DNA from: a virus
Length of the DNA stretch: 64,000 bases
Direction: 5' to 3' (one strand)
IMG/VR virus record: IMGVR_UViG_3300016471_000517
Span: 1-64,000 of that record
Shown: positions 62,362-64,000 of the stretch, in pieces
Layout of the letters: each line of letters begins with the position of its first letter
How positions within the stretch are numbered: the stretch's first letter is position 1
Translations under genes and position numbers: made by a program
Notes under the pieces: generated by a model
Database searches by the model: none
The model's input: only the letters and a program-made list of their open reading frames with translations
Told to the model about the DNA's origin: nothing

Positions 62362-62650
62362 AACTGAAACTGTTATGACGTTTGAAGAAGTTCGCAAGAA
62401 GTATGGTCACATTGAATGCTTCTTTACTTACTTCGATGGAGAAAAGTGTTCTTTTGATTTTTATGGAACGGATGCTAATGGAAACGAAGTTCGTCTATCC
62501 ATTGGTGGTTGCCCTGCTTGGATCAAGCATCTTGCATTCGGTCCCAATGATGGTATAAATATTTCTGACGCAATAGAGCGTCATGTTCGATACATTTCTG
62601 TTACGGACAATCGTAGCAAAGTTTTGTATGAACAAATTTTTGACGTTTAA
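62354..62650 (+). CDS. hypothetical protein
   Basis: Overlaps the upstream stop. Confidence 0.65.
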   Translation: MAKTETVMTFEEVRKKYGHIECFFTYFDGEKCSFDFYGTDANGNEVRLSIGGCPAWIKHLAFGPNDGINISDAIERHVRYISVTDNRSKVLYEQIFDV

Positions 62651-62658
62651 AGGAAAAC

Positions 62659-63057
62659 ATGAATAATTCAGATTTTAACGATTTTATGAATTGGCAGAAT
62701 GGTGACGAAGAGCCACCAAAAAACTTTTTCTACTATGGTCCTTGGAATGAAAAATTCAAGGAGATGTGGAACAAGATGCATCAAAACATTGACAAGAATG
62801 AATACGCAGAGCAGATGAAAGATTATATGAATATTGATGACATCATGAAAGATGTTATGAATAATTCTATGAAAAAGAATAAAGATAATTCAAAGCCAAA
62901 TAAAAATCGTACAAAGAAGACAATCTTCAACCAAGATGATTATTTGAAGCTTATTGAAATTCGTGGTTATCTTGCTATTACTGAACAGTATGCACACGTA
63001 AAGGCTTTGGATAAGCTTCTGAATGAAATTATTATTGTTCCAAAGGAGCCGAAATGA
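62659..63057 (+). CDS. hypothetical protein
   Basis: AAGGA SD. Confidence 0.65.
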   Translation: MNNSDFNDFMNWQNGDEEPPKNFFYYGPWNEKFKEMWNKMHQNIDKNEYAEQMKDYMNIDDIMKDVMNNSMKKNKDNSKPNKNRTKKTIFNQDDYLKLIEIRGYLAITEQYAHVKALDKLLNEIIIVPKEPK

Positions 63058-63272
63058 CTGAATACACCCCAGGATCTGCATATAATCTAGGATTCAAGTC
63101 TAGAATGAGTGGTGGTTCCAAACCATCAAATGCTACAATGAATGAGAGTGATGTTTATTGGCAAGAATGGCTTGCTGGTTGGGATGATGCCCATCAAAAA
63201 ATTTTGAGTGAGGCGAGAGCAAAAGCAGAATGCTCTAAACCCAAGTGTTGTAAAAATTTTATTCAAGATTGA
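63054..63272 (+). CDS. hypothetical protein (GF..W..GW motif)
   Basis: AAGGAG SD. Confidence 0.6.
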   Translation: MTEYTPGSAYNLGFKSRMSGGSKPSNATMNESDVYWQEWLAGWDDAHQKILSEARAKAECSKPKCCKNFIQD

Positions 63273-63273
63273 T

Positions 63274-63298
63274 AAAACCCCCGAAAGGGGGTTTTTTA
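63274..63298. terminator. bidirectional terminator
   Basis: AAAACCCCC-GAAA-GGGGGTTTTT. Confidence 0.85.
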
Positions 63299-64000
63299 TC
63301 TTATAAATCCTTGAACGTGTTGAACTATACTAGAAAAAAGTTCTTCATCGCTCAAATGTTTTCTCATTGTTTCTATCATTTCATCGTTTATATCTGCATG
63401 AACTATATTTCCTGTACCCATATTTTTAGCGGTGGTTTCAATTGCAGCTTGACGTTTTTTTGGTGATAAATCTGAACCTCTTGCCCATACGTCAATCTCT
63501 GGAGAAACTTCTCCAGTTTTTCCTTTTTTTATCACGACTCTTGGTTTTACAGTTACAGTATCAATAATGTTTGGATCAACTAATACATCTGAAACAAGAC
63601 CGGCACTCAAAACAGCAGGAAGTTTTGTTTGCCCTGTTTCTGGCTCGGGGCTTAAAGTGAGTTTTACTTTTTTTGAAGCTGGTTGTAAGACAGACCAATT
63701 TACTGCTTTAGCCCCCTCCAAATTATAACCAGCTCTAATGTAATCTCTTATAGTTTTTAAATCAACATTTCTAGATAAACCTCTTTTTATTGCATCTTCC
63801 AAAGAACTTTTAGCACCTCTGACTTTTTCTGTATCAGTTATTTTTTTTATTGTTTTGGCATCTAGTGTTGGAAAAGTTTCTTGTGGTATTTTTTCTATTT
63901 CCCTTCCCAACTCCCCTGATAGATCAGCAATCTGTTGTGTAATTCCAAGATTGCGTTTTAATGGTTCATCGGCTCTTCTTCTAATAGAAGTGTTAATTCC
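63296..64000 (-). CDS. hypothetical protein, 5' end outside the window
   Basis: Frame stays open to base 64000. Confidence 0.65.
   Translation of the reverse strand, partial: GINTSIRRRADEPLKRNLGITQQIADLSGELGREIEKIPQETFPTLDAKTIKKITDTEKVRGAKSSLEDAIKRGLSRNVDLKTIRDYIRAGYNLEGAKAVNWSVLQPASKKVKLTLSPEPETGQTKLPAVLSAGLVSDVLVDPNIIDTVTVKPRVVIKKGKTGEVSPEIDVWARGSDLSPKKRQAAIETTAKNMGTGNIVHADINDEMIETMRKHLSDEELFSSIVQHVQGFIR

Noticed and set aside
1-64000. Alternative genetic code / stop-codon recoding
   Set aside because: Genes translate full-length in code 11, all three stops end genes, and no suppressor tRNA is seen; only one isolated in-frame TAA

Overview
64 kb segment of a large T4-like myophage. Recognisable core genes are gp33, gp32, gp26/gp51, gp4, gp48, gp53, gp25, gp6, a GroES-like co-chaperonin, a CobS-like AAA ATPase with a vWA partner, and a DenV-like glycosylase. 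Most of the window is AT-rich (roughly 30-35% GC by eye) and its late genes follow TAAATA late-promoter motifs. A sharply bounded GC-rich block (~25.35-36.1 kb, roughly 60% GC by eye) consists of small genes, most behind their own near-consensus sigma70 promoter with ATG 6-7 nt after the -10 box, implying leaderless mRNAs. That block is punctuated by six copies of a CTACTATC(C)-hairpin-spacer-(G)GATAGTAG element and ends in ~0.8 kb of non-coding iteron-like repeats. The window also holds 9 tRNA genes, mostly reading A-ending codons, a circularly permuted tmRNA (tag ANIKAAPMRMAA) and several pseudoknot-like RNAs inside tRNA precursors. Other features are a five-gene array of 24-aa LRV/HEAT-repeat proteins, two families of shared N-terminal leaders on late proteins, and a Phycisphaerales-type dockerin motif that points to a high-GC planctomycete host. 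All product calls come from motif recognition by eye; no searches were run. Many starts were re-assigned relative to the supplied ORF track.
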